Assembly: GCA_902622655.1 (NCBI GenBank)
Contig: CACNQY010000002.1
Coordinates: 11,285-75,284, forward strand
Source: an uncultured Pelagibacteraceae bacterium
GTDB taxonomy: Bacteria; Pseudomonadota; Alphaproteobacteria; Pelagibacterales; Pelagibacteraceae
Direction: 5' to 3'
DNA length: 64,000 nucleotides
Part shown: positions 62,442 through 64,000 of the stretch, piece after piece
Layout: each line of letters opens with the position of its first letter
How positions within the stretch are numbered: the stretch's first letter is position 1
Made by a program: the position numbers and the translations under genes
Notes under the pieces: generated by a model
Database searches by the model: none
Told to the model about the DNA's origin: nothing
The model's input: only the letters and a program-made list of their open reading frames with translations

Positions 62442-62986
62442 TCTTGAACAGGAATTTTAAATAAATTTTTCGAAATTATATTATTTTTTCTAATAGAAGA
62501 AAGAAGAGTTATGTTAAAATTTTGATAAATATCTGTATTTTGCCAACCAATTAAATCGAAGTTATTTTTATCAAAAAAAATATTTATTTCGTTATCCTGT
62601 TCCTTTATTGTGTAATTTATAAGATCATTATCAATAATTCTTTCCTGGAGATCATAAATTTTTTTAATCATATACTTCTTATCTAGAATTAAGTTTAAAG
62701 GAGTTTTGTTAAGTGGATATCGATAATAACTTGAATTTGATTTTATCACTAATGATTTTCCATTCGATACTAAAATTTTATCATTACTATTTATATATTC
62801 ACAAAATATTTTTTTGGGATATTCTATAGTACAAAAACCGTTTTCTATTTTTCCATTTATATTTTGTTCAAATTTAAAATCTAAATTTTTTGTATTATTT
62901 AAATTTTGAATTATTTTATCTTTATTGTTAGCCCCCACTTCTGAAATTAAAAAAAAAAAAATAAATATAAATATAAATCTATTCAT
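62438..62986 (-). CDS. lolA: Outer-membrane lipoprotein carrier LolA-like
   Basis: Signal peptide; FEQ, P-K-x-x-x-EY, LVSNG and TPL motifs; directly after ftsK. Confidence 0.82.
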   Translation of the reverse strand: MNRFIFIFIFFFLISEVGANNKDKIIQNLNNTKNLDFKFEQNINGKIENGFCTIEYPKKIFCEYINSNDKILVSNGKSLVIKSNSSYYRYPLNKTPLNLILDKKYMIKKIYDLQERIIDNDLINYTIKEQDNEINIFFDKNNFDLIGWQNTDIYQNFNITLLSSIRKNNIISKNLFKIPVQD

Positions 62987-64000
62987 TAAAGAACTTCTCT
63001 TTTACCAACGTGATTAGCTTTACTAACCACCCCATTCGCTTCCATTGTGTCAATTATTCTGGCTGCTCTATTGTATCCAATTTGAAGTTTTCTTTGTAAA
63101 AAAGATGTAGATGCTTTACCTTCAGATCTAATAATTTCTAAAGCTTGATCATAAAGCTCATCTTTTTCCCCTTGATTTTGACTTTCACCGATTTCTTTTT
63201 CGTCAGCAAAATTTAATATTTCATCAATATAGTCAGGTTCAGCTTGCGATCTAAGGAAATCATTTATTTTTTCAATTTCATTATCAGATACAAAAGGAGC
63301 ATGGATTCTTACAATACGGTTGGCAGATGACATGTATAACATATCTCCTTTTCCTAATAATTGTTCAGCTCCTTGCTCTCCTAAAATTGTTCTACTGTCT
63401 ATTTTTGATGTCACCTGAAAAGATATACGTGTTGGAAAATTAGCTTTAATTGTACCTGTGATCACATCAACACTCGGTCTTTGAGTAGCCATTATAATAT
63501 GAATGCCTGCAGCTCTAGCCATCTGTGAGAGTTTTTGAATGTAGTTTTCAATTTCTTTCCCAGCTACTAGCATTAGGTCTGACATCTCGTCTACCACCAC
63601 AACAATGTATGGCATCGGTAGTTTGTGTTTAGAATTGTAGCCATCTATATTTCTCACTCCTTCCTTAGTCATCAACCTGTATCTACTTTCCATTTCTTTA
63701 ACTACCCAACCAAGAACAGAGGCAGCTTTTTTTGCTTCAGTTATGACTGGGCATAATAAGTGTGGTACAGCTTCATAGGTAGAAAGTTCAAGCATTTTTG
63801 GGTCTATTAAAATAAATTTGCACTTGTCGGGAGTGTGTCGATATAAAAGAGATAATATAATTGTGTTAATGCAAACTGATTTTCCTGAGCCAGTTGTTCC
63901 AGCAATAAGAAGATGTGGCATAGAGGACAAATCACCAACTATCGGTTTACCTGAAATACTTTTTCCTAAAGCAATTGGTAATTTTATTTCCCTTTTTTTA
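62986..64000 (-). CDS. ftsK: DNA translocase FtsK, C-terminal motor and gamma domain (5' part outside the window)
   Basis: [34 protein letters not shown] and [15 protein letters not shown] motifs; the frame stays open upstream of the track start. Confidence 0.97.
   Translation of the reverse strand, partial: KKREIKLPIALGKSISGKPIVGDLSSMPHLLIAGTTGSGKSVCINTIILSLLYRHTPDKCKFILIDPKMLELSTYEAVPHLLCPVITEAKKAASVLGWVVKEMESRYRLMTKEGVRNIDGYNSKHKLPMPYIVVVVDEMSDLMLVAGKEIENYIQKLSQMARAAGIHIIMATQRPSVDVITGTIKANFPTRISFQVTSKIDSRTILGEQGAEQLLGKGDMLYMSSANRIVRIHAPFVSDNEIEKINDFLRSQAEPDYIDEILNFADEKEIGESQNQGEKDELYDQALEIIRSEGKASTSFLQRKLQIGYNRAARIIDTMEANGVVSKANHVGKREVL

Noticed and set aside
62949-62961. A13 homopolymer in the lolA signal sequence, and similar long runs in lnt and coaE, as phase-variation tracts
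   Set aside because: Frames are intact, the genes are housekeeping, and long A/T runs are expected at this base composition
1-64000. Other short overlapping ORFs in the track; tRNA/rRNA genes, riboswitches, CRISPR arrays, IS elements, prophage
   Set aside because: Short ORFs are antisense or out-of-frame shadows of well-supported genes. No repeat-spacer arrays, transposases, integrases or structured-RNA-sized GC-rich gaps were seen; metK overlaps lnt, leaving no intergenic room for a SAM riboswitch

Overview
A very AT-rich, densely packed alphaproteobacterial chromosome segment. Gene content, gene order and minimal intergenic spacing point to a SAR11 / Candidatus Pelagibacter-type genome (inference). 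The window spans the predicted replication origin: a hemE-ppsR intergenic region with DnaA boxes and DnaA-trio-like repeats, with the nearby mnmE-mnmG-rsmG-parA-parB block and a parS site inside rsmG. Most of it is housekeeping: infB (partial), nusA, metK, lnt, ybeY, phoH, miaB, fur, trpS, murJ, maeB, grpE-dnaK-dnaJ, dapB, nth, a porin, leuS-lptE-holA, rho, hem genes, aroE, coaE, dnaQ, secB, hslUV, his genes, lolA and ftsK (partial). I saw no RNA genes, mobile elements or CRISPR arrays. Main observations: (1) an unannotated 39-aa ArfA-like ribosome-rescue ORF with its own stop codon and no C-terminal tail; (2) an mcl-mtkA-mtkB (malyl-CoA lyase plus malate thiokinase) cassette between hisE and a HIT gene; (3) a rimP-leader-like attenuator directly on nusA although rimP is absent here; (4) parS written into the RsmG coding sequence; (5) hemG in the usual hemJ position; (6) small glycosylation/sulfation insertions; (7) probable leaderless mRNAs and head-to-head gene overlaps. 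All calls come from reading the sequence and recalling protein families; no searches were run.
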